Positions 1-9,788 are shown, counted from the stretch's first letter. The stretch is DNA of 64,000 bases from an uncultured Chloroflexia bacterium (GCA_963772985.1 CAVYZP010000040.1:1410-65409), one strand, 5' to 3'. Translations and numbers: made by a program. The notes: generated from the letters alone by a model not told the origin.

Positions 1-530
1 ACCCGCCGCGAATGGCCCGCCGTATATTTATCCTTGGCTTCAAGGGCAAAAACCAGCGATTCGATGGAACCAAGAAAAAGCCGGCGGATTTCCTTAGTCT
101 GCTGCTCCACTTTTTGCTGCAGCTGTTCCTGGTAATCCCTGATTTGGAGTTCCAGCTTTTTTTTATCCAACGTTTTTTCAATATTGGAAGTAATTTCGTC
201 CAGATTAAAAGGCTTGGTAATATAATCATCGGCTCCCAGCTTCATGCACTGGATGGCCAGGTCGGCTTCCGCCACGGCGGTGGCCATGATAACCGCCGTA
301 TCGGGGTAATTGGCTTTTAGTTCCGGCAGCAGTTCCATACCTGATTTTCCCGGCATTTTCATATCGAGCATTATCAGATCCGCGGGAAAAGTTTTCATTT
401 TCTCCAGCGCCTCGTCGGAATTGCCGGCCTCTTCACACTGATAGCCCGATTTAGTCAGCTTCTGACGCAACAGCCGCCGAATCGCCGCTTCGTCATCAAC
501 TATCAGAATCCGGTACTCGTGGTTGGTCAT
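1..530 (-). CDS. response regulator receiver fused to HD-GYP domain; C-terminus cut by window edge
   Basis: Not in ORF track because there is no stop in the window. Reverse translation from ATG 530-528 gives MTNHEYRILIVDDEAAIRRLL...DLIMLDMKMPGKSG...DDYITKPF (REC). A linker follows, then LFLGSIESLVFALEAKDKYTAGHSRR, nearly identical to the HD-GYP entry of ORF 4625-5755. Confidence 0.8.
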   Translation of the reverse strand, partial: MTNHEYRILIVDDEAAIRRLLRQKLTKSGYQCEEAGNSDEALEKMKTFPADLIMLDMKMPGKSGMELLPELKANYPDTAVIMATAVAEADLAIQCMKLGADDYITKPFNLDEITSNIEKTLDKKKLELQIRDYQEQLQQKVEQQTKEIRRLFLGSIESLVFALEAKDKYTAGHSRR

Positions 531-594
531 TTGCAATCCTTTTTAATATATTTTCCGCGTTTTCCTAATGTTCCCGTCTTGATTATTACGATTT

Positions 595-1245
595 TTATTG
601 AGCATCAAGCGGCAATTCCACCGTAAAGGTGGCGCCATAACCATACTCACTATTGACATATATCCGGCCTCCGTGTTCGGTAACAATGCCATGACAGATA
701 CTCAGGCCCAGGCCTGTTCCTTTGCCGACTTCTTTGGTGGTGAAGAAGGGGTCAAAAATACGTTTCAGGTTAGCTTCGGTGATACCCGGGCCGTCATCGG
801 CGAAACTGATTTTCACGATGTTATCAACCCGTTCGGTAGCGATGGTCAGCTTCCCTTTATGGTGTGCTTCCAGCATCGCAAATTCGGCGTTAACAATGAT
901 ATTTAAAAAAACCTGCTGCATTTGAAATGGGTCCATCATTATTTCTGAGAGGCTTGCATCCAGATGTTTTTCAACCTCAATATTGTTGACTTTTTCTTCA
1001 TAGGCACGCAGCTTTAACACGCCTTCAATAACAGTATTGACCTGAGTCAGCTGTTTAACCGGGGCATGCTTTCTGGCGAATGTCAGCAGATTTTTCACAA
1101 TCACGGCGGCGCGCTGCGCTTCTTCGTAAATTGTCGCCAGGTTTTCCTTCATGTTATCGGGCACATCTCCCTGCATCAGCAGTTGGGAAAAACCGATAAC
1201 GCTGGTTAACGGGTTATTCAATTCGTGCGCGATACCGGAAGACAA
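595..1245 (-). CDS. histidine kinase transmitter core (H-box + HATPase_c); downstream half of an interrupted sensor kinase
   Basis: Translation contains H-box [12 protein letters not shown] and ATPase motifs NAEFAM, DDGPGI, GTGLGLS. It has only a TTG start and is in frame with ORF 1285-3420 across a single TAG. Confidence 0.8.
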   Translation of the reverse strand: MSSGIAHELNNPLTSVIGFSQLLMQGDVPDNMKENLATIYEEAQRAAVIVKNLLTFARKHAPVKQLTQVNTVIEGVLKLRAYEEKVNNIEVEKHLDASLSEIMMDPFQMQQVFLNIIVNAEFAMLEAHHKGKLTIATERVDNIVKISFADDGPGITEANLKRIFDPFFTTKEVGKGTGLGLSICHGIVTEHGGRIYVNSEYGYGATFTVELPLDAQ

Positions 1246-1284
1246 CTCTCCAATGGAGGCCAGGCGGTTAGTGACGATAAGCTG

Positions 1285-3420
1285 CTATTCCATGCGTTTC
1301 TGTTTCGTCACGTCCCGGGCCACCATGATGGAGCCGATGACTTCACCTTTTTCGTTAAAGATGGGCGAAGTGACTTCATGGAAATAAGCTTCCAGTTGTT
1401 GGTTATAAATTTCCGCTTCGGCTGGCTTGCCGGTTCTGAGTGTTTCCAGATGCGGGCAATTGACCGGCGGTTCGGCAGTACCGTGCAGCGCTTCCTGGCA
1501 CAGATGTCCGAGGAGTTCCTTGGGCGTAGTTTTCAGCAAATCAGCGGCAGCCTTATTTGATCTCGTTATCCGGTTGTCTTTATCTTGAATAATAATGATA
1601 TCGGTAATGGAATCAAAAGTTGTCCTCCATTCCTGGGCCGCCTGCTCCAGTTTATCCTCAGCCAGTTTCCTTTCCGTGATATCCATAAAATTGCCCACAG
1701 ATGCCCGTTTTCCTTCGTAGGTAATGGAAGTCATCCGTTCCAGCCCCCACCGGATTTCCCCTTTTTTAGTGATTAACTGGACCTCATACGGCTGGCTGCG
1801 TTCCCCTTTGAGCATCTGCAAAGCGTTTTGTCGGACCGTTTCAATGTCTTCGGTATGGACCAGAATTTCCGGTTCAGTACTCAGCAATTCATCATTAGTG
1901 TAACCCGTGACCTGCTGAAAAACGGGATTGGTAAAAACAAAGCGGCTGTTCTGGATGATATATACGCCCACCGGGGAACTTTCTGCTAAATTGTGGTACA
2001 GCTGTTCCACCTGTTTTCGTGCGCTGATATTACGCACAAAACCGATGACTACGTTATCCTCTTTTTGTTTAATGGGAGCTGTGTTAATTTCGACCCAAAC
2101 ATGACTTTTGTCTCTGCGCGTAAATTCAAATTCGTCGGGTCCGGTATTTCTACCTATTGCGTTATAATTTAATAACTCGGCGGCTTTATTAACATATTGT
2201 TCAGAAAGAAGATTCAGCCTAAAATAGTTTTTACCGACTAGTTCCTCTTTGCTGAATCCCAGAATGCCTTCAGCTTTTTTATTGGCATATAGAAAATTCC
2301 CTTTCAAGTCGCAAAGATATACCCCGTCCGGTGCGTTTTCCAGATAGGTTCTCAGGTTATCTTCACTCTCTTCCAGCTGTTTTTCGGTCTGTTTGCGTTT
2401 GATGATGCTGACTAATTGTGCGGCGATGGTTTCAATCCGTTTCATGTCCGATTCGGTGAAAGGTTCGTGTCTGCCGATACCCAATAGCCCGATGATTTCA
2501 CTTTCGGATTTAAGCGGCACGCTGATGACGGCATTCACCCCGAGAATCCTGATGGCGGTGCCAACGAGCATTTTCAGCGTGTTTTCTTCGAAACATTCTT
2601 TTGCCATACTGAGCATCATTTCAGGGTCGTTAGTCAGGACCGGTTTGCCTCTGGCCAATATTTCAGTATAGATACCCCCGGGTTTAAGTCTGATTTTTAT
2701 GACGGGTATTTTCATGCCGATACGCTGTTCAATACCCCGCGCCATGCGAGCCGGTAGATTCAAATTGTCCATGGTCAGGTATTGTTTATCTTTGCTAAGC
2801 AGATAGACAATTTGCACATTCCCGCCGAAGAGCTTCTGCGTTTCTTTGGAGACGAGATGCAGTATTTCTTCGAAGGCTTTGCCTTCATTAGCGGCAGCAT
2901 TAATGATATTAATCAGATTGATATCGGATGATTTCTGTAAAATTTCGGCATCTGCCCGCTTGCGGGCTGTGACATCCCTCAGTATCCCCAGGTCGCCAAT
3001 GATTTTACCGTCCTTACGCAGCGGCTGAGCGCTGATTTCAAAGGTTAGTAATTCCCCATTTTTTTTAATCAGGTCAATCTCATACGGCGGAACTTCGAAA
3101 CCGGCCATCCTTTTCAAGAAATTTGTGATCACCCGGGCCATACTTTTTTTGGTTAGTATTTTAGATAGTACTCTGACATGCTTGCCGATGACTTCTTCTT
3201 TCTCGTAGCCGCTGATTTCCACCGACTTCCCATTAACATCGATAATTTTGCCTTTTTTATCGAAGAGCATCATGATATCGCCGGCAGATTCAAAAACGGC
3301 TTTATACCGCTCCTCATCAACCAGCCGACGCAGTTCTTTCTCCGCCGGATGTTCGGGGGAATTAACCTCATTTTCAGGCATGTCGGGGGTTTGATTCTTA
3401 ATTAAGCCAGCTTTTACCAT
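1285..3420 (-). CDS. multi-PAS/GAF sensor protein; upstream half of an interrupted sensor histidine kinase
   Basis: 711-aa ORF with repeated PAS-like blocks (several copies of ...DITERK/DVTARK... junctions) and a central GAF-like block. It ends ...ARDVTKQKRME-TAG directly before the kinase dimerisation helix. Confidence 0.8.
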   Translation of the reverse strand: MVKAGLIKNQTPDMPENEVNSPEHPAEKELRRLVDEERYKAVFESAGDIMMLFDKKGKIIDVNGKSVEISGYEKEEVIGKHVRVLSKILTKKSMARVITNFLKRMAGFEVPPYEIDLIKKNGELLTFEISAQPLRKDGKIIGDLGILRDVTARKRADAEILQKSSDINLINIINAAANEGKAFEEILHLVSKETQKLFGGNVQIVYLLSKDKQYLTMDNLNLPARMARGIEQRIGMKIPVIKIRLKPGGIYTEILARGKPVLTNDPEMMLSMAKECFEENTLKMLVGTAIRILGVNAVISVPLKSESEIIGLLGIGRHEPFTESDMKRIETIAAQLVSIIKRKQTEKQLEESEDNLRTYLENAPDGVYLCDLKGNFLYANKKAEGILGFSKEELVGKNYFRLNLLSEQYVNKAAELLNYNAIGRNTGPDEFEFTRRDKSHVWVEINTAPIKQKEDNVVIGFVRNISARKQVEQLYHNLAESSPVGVYIIQNSRFVFTNPVFQQVTGYTNDELLSTEPEILVHTEDIETVRQNALQMLKGERSQPYEVQLITKKGEIRWGLERMTSITYEGKRASVGNFMDITERKLAEDKLEQAAQEWRTTFDSITDIIIIQDKDNRITRSNKAAADLLKTTPKELLGHLCQEALHGTAEPPVNCPHLETLRTGKPAEAEIYNQQLEAYFHEVTSPIFNEKGEVIGSIMVARDVTKQKRME

Positions 3421-3620
3421 TTGTGCAATATCTTACCTCAGTACCTGCTGCTGTAATCAGATTCATGAATGTCCCGAATTCTATTTATATTTTACGGCTC
3501 ACAACGACCGGAGCCGTCGATAACGGTTGTCATTGCCTAAATCCGGCAGGAGACAAACACATCGAAGCTTTTTTAATTAACAACAGAAGGGGGATATCAA
3601 TCCTCCTGGTTTTCAAGAGG

Positions 3621-3804
3621 TTAGTACTTTAGTAAAGAGGGGGAGGCAGACTCGTTAATAGTTTTTTAAGGATATCAGCCCATTAGAGTCATATAGGAAT
3701 AGTACTTTAGTTCCATACGGAGACTATTAAATCATTAATGAAACAATAAGTACATCCCCCATTAGGGTCATATCAGAATAGTACTTTAGTTGGGTTACGA
3801 GACT
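3621..3804. repeat. three tandem copies (about 78-79 bp period) of an intergenic repeat
   Basis: 3679-3725 is cccattagagtcatataggaatagtactttagttccatacggagact. 3758-3804 is cccattagggtcatatcagaatagtactttagttgggttacgagact. A partial copy ttagtactttagta...cagact lies at 3621-3652. Confidence 0.7.
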
Positions 3805-3854
3805 GGCTTTAGTAGGTAAGCAAGCGAATTAAACAGGTTTATTCTTTGCTATCA

Positions 3855-4466
3855 TCACAAAGGCGCCGGTTTGGTTGACGGGACAAAGATGATGTTCCGC
3901 AGGGCGAAAATGCTTTTCATTAAATCAGACTTCGATGCGGCTTCCTTTATCTGCAAGTCAACCGGATGTTTAGAAATGACTTCAATTTGTAATTGCCTGT
4001 TTTGTAATGACAATGAAATGTCAGTAATCGGCGGTTGGGATATTAAATCAAGTCCGTCAGCCACCCGAATGACGGCTGCGATTTGTTCGGCATGGGTGCG
4101 GTCGGGGATTTCAATCGAACCGCGTTTGAGATAAGTTCGCTCATTGTGCCAGAGTACGGAAACCAACAGAGTCGAAAGAGCGGCATTGGAAATGGGATCC
4201 TGGGCTGTGAGCTTTGGTATTTCAGTGGATAAAAAATCAAAACCGGCTTCGTGGTGCGGTTCTTGTGGATGGCCGATGTCGTGCAAGACAGCGGCGGCTT
4301 CAAGAATGACCCGGTCTTCGGGGTTATCGGCCAACATTTTCAGCCGGACTAATTCGTCATAAATTTTCAGGGAAAGTTTGCTTACCTGGAGCGCGTGGGC
4401 GGGACCCCGGCCGTAGTTTCTACTTTCCGCAAGTTTTTTTAAAATTTCCAAATGATTTTTATTCAT
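3855..4466 (-). CDS. HD domain protein (Ppx/GppA C-terminal HD-like)
   Basis: 203-aa ORF with LHDIGH metal-binding motif and HD-domain layout. Confidence 0.6.
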   Translation of the reverse strand: MNKNHLEILKKLAESRNYGRGPAHALQVSKLSLKIYDELVRLKMLADNPEDRVILEAAAVLHDIGHPQEPHHEAGFDFLSTEIPKLTAQDPISNAALSTLLVSVLWHNERTYLKRGSIEIPDRTHAEQIAAVIRVADGLDLISQPPITDISLSLQNRQLQIEVISKHPVDLQIKEAASKSDLMKSIFALRNIIFVPSTKPAPL

Positions 4467-4624
4467 GTCAAATTTTGCCCCGGAATTGTCATTAGGTTAC
4501 CACGGGCGATATGCCCCGGTCAAGGTCGAATTGCAGACATACTTTGCCGAATAAAAAATCAGGGAGTTTTCAGTTACTCAATGACTTGACATAATGAATT
4601 GGATTTCACGGCAGCTAACTGGGT

Positions 4625-5755
4625 TCAAGGGGATAGTTCCCCTTTGTTTTCAATTATCGCATTGATTTCGGCCGGGGGTATTTCCAGAAAAGCATCGGCC
4701 ACAACCGGGTCAAATTGAGTGCCTTTATAGTCCTGAATCTCCCGGATTGCCACTGCCGGCGACATCGCTGCGCGGTAAGGACGATTCGAAGTCATAGCAT
4801 CGAAGGCATCCGCCAAAGCGATTATCCGGGCACCTAATGGGATATCTTCGCCGGTGAGTGTCTGCTCCGTACTATCGCACTGATATTGGTCGTGGTGATG
4901 TTCGATAAGCGCGACGACCTTACTGTTTACAATCGGTTTCACGATTTCAGTTCCGGCTTGAACATGAATCATAATATGGGCGTACTCATTTGGTGTCAAC
5001 GTCGAAGCTTTGTTCTGGACAAGCTGGTCCACCGCAATCTTCCCGACATCATGCAGCAAACTACCGTAACGCAAGTCTTCCATATCCTCTTCAGATAGAT
5101 TCATTCTTTTCCCGACTGCCATGGCGATGCGCGTCACCCGCCGCGAGTGCCCGGCCGAATATTTATCTTTGGCTTCCAGGGCAAAAACCAGGGATTCGAT
5201 GGCCCCGAGCGAAAGAGTCCTTAGTTCTTTTTCTGCTTTTAAACGTTCGGCTATTTCCTGCTTTAATTGTTCCGTCTGCAGCTGCAAGTCAGACCTCGAT
5301 TGAAAGAGCCGCCGGGCCATGTCCCCCTGCCTGCCGAGAACGGCACTAATTACGAATCCAAGGAGAACGAGCCCGACATCAATTAACAAAAATCCCTGAT
5401 GCAAACCAATGATAAATGGTAAGTAGATTACCACTATCAGTACCAGACAAGCAATAATTCCTTTGCGTACCCCGAATCTCCAGGCGATAATTGCAATGCA
5501 CAACTGATAAATTAACCGATAAATTGATGTGTAGTATAGTGATTGCCACCCCAACAGCGCTTTCAAACCGACTAACGTGGTAAAGTAGGGCGAAAAAACG
5601 AAGAGACCTAAAACAACAATAAAGAAAACCAGATACCATTGATAACGGATACCCAGCAGCCTCGTTAAATATTTAAGGACATATTGCCGCTCCGGCTGAA
5701 TTTCCTCGGTATGTCTCCGAACGGCAGATTGTTTCGGCTCAGGCGGATTTATCAT
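4625..5755 (-). CDS. membrane-anchored HD-GYP domain phosphodiesterase
   Basis: 376 aa. N-terminal hydrophobic helices, a coiled linker, then HD-GYP signatures: AGHSRRV, LLHDVGKIAV, EHHHDQY, and ...PLGARIIALADAFDAMTSNRPYR. Confidence 0.8.
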   Translation of the reverse strand: MINPPEPKQSAVRRHTEEIQPERQYVLKYLTRLLGIRYQWYLVFFIVVLGLFVFSPYFTTLVGLKALLGWQSLYYTSIYRLIYQLCIAIIAWRFGVRKGIIACLVLIVVIYLPFIIGLHQGFLLIDVGLVLLGFVISAVLGRQGDMARRLFQSRSDLQLQTEQLKQEIAERLKAEKELRTLSLGAIESLVFALEAKDKYSAGHSRRVTRIAMAVGKRMNLSEEDMEDLRYGSLLHDVGKIAVDQLVQNKASTLTPNEYAHIMIHVQAGTEIVKPIVNSKVVALIEHHHDQYQCDSTEQTLTGEDIPLGARIIALADAFDAMTSNRPYRAAMSPAVAIREIQDYKGTQFDPVVADAFLEIPPAEINAIIENKGELSP

Positions 5756-6063
5756 TTTGGTTTTATACTATATCCTGAATTAAACATAATAATCTTGCTA
5801 ATTACTTGACATATATATTATCCGATAATAGTTTTCGGTACAAGAACCAGTCTCAATAGATATATTCCAATAATTTTAACACATGTTAAGTATAGTCATT
5901 CAAATTATTTGTGTGGCGCTATCCTCAAGTAATGTAAAAAGCAGTATCGGGCGCGATTACAAAATCCTTCTTAGATTAGGCGTTGCCGGGATAGATTCCC
6001 CGCGAAAAAATAAATAGGGAGTGATTTTATTTCCGTGCTAATTGACTGTGGTATGATACTATC

Positions 6064-6393
6064 ATGCTGAAATATCACCATCTGGGGATTCCTACTACGA
6101 AAAAAATGCCAGGGGAACGGTATCTGCCGGAACTACATATCTGGGTCAGTGGTTACGAGCAAAGCCAATTCAACATCGAATGGATGCGCAACGAGCCGGA
6201 ATGCAAACTGCCGGAAATCGTAAAAACCGTACCGCATGTAGCTTTTGAGGTTGATGATGTCCTGGCGGCGATTAAAGGTAAAAAAGTGATAATTGAACCG
6301 AACAGCCCTTCGGAGGGAGTTCTGGTCGCATTTATCGAAGAGAACGGTGCACCGATCGAGTTTATCCAGGATAAACACCTGCACGGCAAATAA
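6064..6393 (+). CDS. small VOC/glyoxalase-fold-like protein
   Basis: 109-aa ORF beginning MLKYHHLGIPT... with ...PHVAFEVDD..., resembling the VOC family. Assignment is by motif recall only. Confidence 0.45.
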   Translation: MLKYHHLGIPTTKKMPGERYLPELHIWVSGYEQSQFNIEWMRNEPECKLPEIVKTVPHVAFEVDDVLAAIKGKKVIIEPNSPSEGVLVAFIEENGAPIEFIQDKHLHGK

Positions 6394-6604
6394 AAATGAA
6401 CAAATTAAAACAGGCACTGCCGGTTATCGATGTACAAAACGAATATTTCAGCAACTAATTTATTGCAAATGTCAGGCTGGTTGTATTATATTAGAATTTC
6501 CATACGGAAATAATTCTCCCTTAATCCCTCCTTGCTAAGGCGGGAAATAATAGTTTTTTACCTTTACCGCTATCTCCCTGATGAGAAGTCTGGAGTGAAT
6601 TAAT

Positions 6605-7549
6605 ATGAAAAAAACGGTATTTATTGACGGACAGCACGGCACCACCGGGTTAAAAATAAACGAGCGGTTGAGCGGCCGTAAAGATATCGAACTAATCGAA
6701 ATCCCCGAAGCTGAGCGTAAAGACCTACAAGCGAAAGAGAAACTGCTGAATGAGGCGGATATCGTATTTCTATGCCTGCCGGATAATGCCGCCCGCGAAT
6801 CGGTCGGTCTGATAAAAAACAAAATGGTTTGCGTAATTGACGGTTCTACCGCCCACCGCATCGCCGAAGGGTGGGTCTACGGCCTGCCGGAGTTAAAAAA
6901 AGAACAGCGGAAATTGATTAAAAATTCTAAAAGGATTTCGGTGCCCGGCTGCCATGCCACCGGTTTTATCGCGATGTTATATCCACTGGTCGCCCTGGGA
7001 ATTATCAGTCCGGATTATCCGGTGACTTGCCATACCACGGCCGGATACAGCGGCGGGGGCAAGGCCATGATCGCCGAATATCAGGCAGAAAACGTGCCGG
7101 AATATATTAAAAATCCGCGTCCTTATTCCCTGGCGTTGAATCATAAACACGTGCCGGAAATGACCAAAATTACCGGCCTGACGCATCCGGTGCTTTTCGC
7201 CCCGACGGTAGTCAATGTCTATAACGGAGAAATCCTTTCAATTCCGCTGGTTGTGCCGAATTTGAAGAAGAAACTCACTGCTGCAGAGATAAGGGGTATA
7301 TTGGCAGAATATTATGCGGGAGAGCAGTTTATTAAGGTAATGCCTTATCCAGCGGACGATTTTCTGAAAAACGGGTACATGACTTTCACCGACTGCAACG
7401 GCACTAATAATCTGGAAATCTTTGTTTTCGGTAACGAAGAACGGATTTTGCTTTCGGCGCGTTTTGACAACCTGGGGAAGGGCGCTTCCGGCGCCGCGGT
7501 GCAAAACATGAACATTCTCCTGGGTGTGGAGGAAGCTACCGGATTGTGA
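6605..7549 (+). CDS. argC: N-acetyl-gamma-glutamyl-phosphate reductase (short type-2 form)
   Basis: 314 aa. N-terminal FIDGQHGTTGL Rossmann segment and active-site PGCHATG. Confidence 0.85.
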   Translation: MKKTVFIDGQHGTTGLKINERLSGRKDIELIEIPEAERKDLQAKEKLLNEADIVFLCLPDNAARESVGLIKNKMVCVIDGSTAHRIAEGWVYGLPELKKEQRKLIKNSKRISVPGCHATGFIAMLYPLVALGIISPDYPVTCHTTAGYSGGGKAMIAEYQAENVPEYIKNPRPYSLALNHKHVPEMTKITGLTHPVLFAPTVVNVYNGEILSIPLVVPNLKKKLTAAEIRGILAEYYAGEQFIKVMPYPADDFLKNGYMTFTDCNGTNNLEIFVFGNEERILLSARFDNLGKGASGAAVQNMNILLGVEEATGL

Positions 7550-7575
7550 AGGTTGGTTCCTTCCGGCAGAGTATA

Positions 7576-8037
7576 TCAGGATTCCCTGGGACTGAGCCGG
7601 GCGAGGTAGTTTATTTCGTCCTGCCGCCAGATTATTTCAAACTGCCAGTTGGCCGCTGCCGCCTGTTTTTGTAAAGCGTCCGATTTAACGCGGAGCAAGG
7701 CAAAGAAAGGCCCAATCAGATTTACTTGCTGAATCTGTAAATTGTTATAAACATGGATTGGCCTGTTTGGCGAATCGGGATTCCGGTTGATGTCGATTGC
7801 GGTGAATAACAACCCGCCGCCGGGCCTGAGGGACGAACCGATATCCTGCAGATACTGTTTTATCCCGCTGCTGTTTTCCAACATCCCGATGCGATGTCCC
7901 AACATTGCAAAGGCATCAAATTCTTTGCGCAGAGGGATTGTTTCTTTGTCTTTTAGCAGTTTGATTGCAACGGGAAGGATATCTGAGGAGGAGACAGGAA
8001 AAGCTTTTACCTGCAGGAAAATAGCGGCAAAACTCAT
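7576..8037 (-). CDS. class I SAM-methyltransferase-like protein; start uncertain and possibly degenerate
   Basis: The FDAFAMLG...LRPGGGLLFT blocks resemble MTase motifs. The open frame continues upstream to 8202 with no ATG, GTG or TTG, and the G-x-G-x-G position reads ILFAEYQGRLS. Confidence 0.4.
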   Translation of the reverse strand: MSFAAIFLQVKAFPVSSSDILPVAIKLLKDKETIPLRKEFDAFAMLGHRIGMLENSSGIKQYLQDIGSSLRPGGGLLFTAIDINRNPDSPNRPIHVYNNLQIQQVNLIGPFFALLRVKSDALQKQAAAANWQFEIIWRQDEINYLARLSPRES

Positions 8038-8414
8038 TCTTCCGGGAGTAACTTCGTAACCCTTCGCGCCGAGCGCTGACAGCCGTCCTTGATATTCCGC
8101 AAACAGAATATCACGCCATTCATGCTGGTAATTTTCGTTTTTACTATCGACAGTCTTTTCGATGGTTCTTATGATACACTGAATTACCGGGGAAATAAAA
8201 GTCTAACATAATGACTTTAGAGTAACGGCTGGCAGGTCCCGCAATAAAAAAGTGATGGCGTTTATCGTATAAAAACTGATAAAATATTTTGCTTTACAAG
8301 GTTTTGCCATTCATTTTGCACATTTTGATGCGTGAAATTGTAAAATAGGTTAAAATAAGAAAAGTGTTTATTGGGGGCATCATTGTCCGTCAGGGAAAGA
8401 TGCAGGAGAAAGTG

Positions 8415-9620
8415 ATGAATAGATTCATAAAGAAAAGCATCAGTATTTTATTTCTTTTACCTGTACTGGTGCTGCCGTTTGTTTTTTCCGGCTGCGGGAC
8501 AAATGGTGCTACCTTCAGTATAACAAATACTGTAGATAAAACAACAGCGAATGTGGGTGATACTGTTACTTATACGGTTATGGTGACAAACACCGGTGCC
8601 GTCAACGCCACCGGTTTGGCAATAACGGACGATTGGCCGGTAGGATTGACCTATGTCTCGAGCAGCGCCGACCACGGTAACTACGATAACAGCACTTCGG
8701 TTTGGACAGTGGGCAATCTGAATACCAAAGCCAGCGCTAAATTAACCATCACAGCCACTGTGGTCAGCCGGGCCGGTGTAATTATAATGGATAACCTGGT
8801 AAGAGTATCAAAAGTCGACCAGACGGACAATGATATGATCCAACAGGTTGCGAATGCGTCCTTCAACGTTCGAAGCGCGGACTTAACAGTGACGAACACC
8901 GTAGACAACGCCGCGCCGGACCAGCAAAATACCATAAAGTATAGCGTCACCCTGACCAATAATGGGCCGGCAGATGCAACCGGCGTAATAGTATACGAAC
9001 AATTACCACAAAATGTTACATATGTTTCGAGCAGTGCCGGTCAAGGCAGTTACGATAACAATTCCGGTAATTGGACGGTGGGCAATGTTGCCAACGGGGC
9101 CAGTGCCATGCTGACGATCACGGTGACGGTAAATACGGGCACCGGCGCGCTGGAGATTGATAACCCGGTGGCGGTAGCTTTCGCCGACCAGCCGGACAGT
9201 AATTTAAACAATAATGATGCTACAGCCGTTGTGAAAGTGAACGGTTCGGACCTGAATCTGACCAACGGTGAGGATAACACGTCCCCGAGCGTCGGCGCGA
9301 CGGTTACTTTCACGGTCACTTTGACCAATAACGGCCCGCTCGATGACACCGGCATCATTGTCACGGATATCGTCCCGGCCGGTTTGACATATTCCTCAAG
9401 CGTGGCTGATACAGGCAGCTATAATGCCGCGACAGGGATATGGACTGTCGGCAGTCTCGCTAACGGCGGCACTGCCACATTGACGCTTAAAGTTACGGTT
9501 AACAGCGGTACGGCGACCCAGAAGATCGTTTCCACGGCTAAAATCACCCATTCCGACCAGCCTGACGGCGATACTTCCGATAACTCCTCATCGACACAGG
9601 TGAATATCGCCAGTTCATAA
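8415..9620 (+). CDS. DUF11 (conserved repeat domain) lipoprotein with three tandem repeats of about 120 aa
   Basis: Start chosen at ATG 8415 (MNRFIKKSISILFLLPVLVLPFVFSGCG, signal peptide plus lipobox), 6 nt after GGAGA. Contains three repeats of ...VTYTV.VTN.G...ATG..V.D..P.GLTYVSSS...G.Y......WTVG.L..G..A.LTI...V. Confidence 0.75.
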   Translation: MNRFIKKSISILFLLPVLVLPFVFSGCGTNGATFSITNTVDKTTANVGDTVTYTVMVTNTGAVNATGLAITDDWPVGLTYVSSSADHGNYDNSTSVWTVGNLNTKASAKLTITATVVSRAGVIIMDNLVRVSKVDQTDNDMIQQVANASFNVRSADLTVTNTVDNAAPDQQNTIKYSVTLTNNGPADATGVIVYEQLPQNVTYVSSSAGQGSYDNNSGNWTVGNVANGASAMLTITVTVNTGTGALEIDNPVAVAFADQPDSNLNNNDATAVVKVNGSDLNLTNGEDNTSPSVGATVTFTVTLTNNGPLDDTGIIVTDIVPAGLTYSSSVADTGSYNAATGIWTVGSLANGGTATLTLKVTVNSGTATQKIVSTAKITHSDQPDGDTSDNSSSTQVNIASS

Positions 9621-9644
9621 TATAACAGCGAAACCGGTAATCTG

Positions 9645-9685
9645 AAACCCATGGCGGATTTTTCTGCCATGGGTTTACTGTTTAT
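9645..9685 (+). terminator. putative intrinsic terminator after the DUF11 gene
   Basis: 11-bp perfect stem aaacccatggc (9645-9655) / gccatgggttt (9666-9676), followed by a weak T-rich tail. Confidence 0.4.
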
Positions 9686-9788
9686 CAGACTTCAACTGTT
9701 GGTTTTGTGCGGATGATACAATTTGTTACATAATAACTCCAGCGGTACGTACTGAACGATGAACAGAATAGATGGGGAGGTTAAGTAA

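Noticed and set aside
12-320. 102-aa + strand ORF at the window start
   Set aside because: It lies entirely antisense to a well-supported REC-HD-GYP coding frame. It has low-complexity, Phe/Leu-rich composition typical of shadow ORFs.
1285-1287. In-frame TAG as a pyrrolysine or otherwise recoded codon
   Set aside because: No pyl genes or PYLIS-like context are visible. TAG terminates highly expressed genes in the same window (rpsL, rplC). A histidine kinase linker is not a known Pyl context. It is kept as a nonsense or readthrough question only.
3621-3804. Tandem repeats as a CRISPR array
   Set aside because: There are only two full units and one partial unit. The units are imperfect (about 80 percent identity) and are contiguous with diverged filler rather than separated by unique spacers of fixed size. 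No cas genes are nearby.
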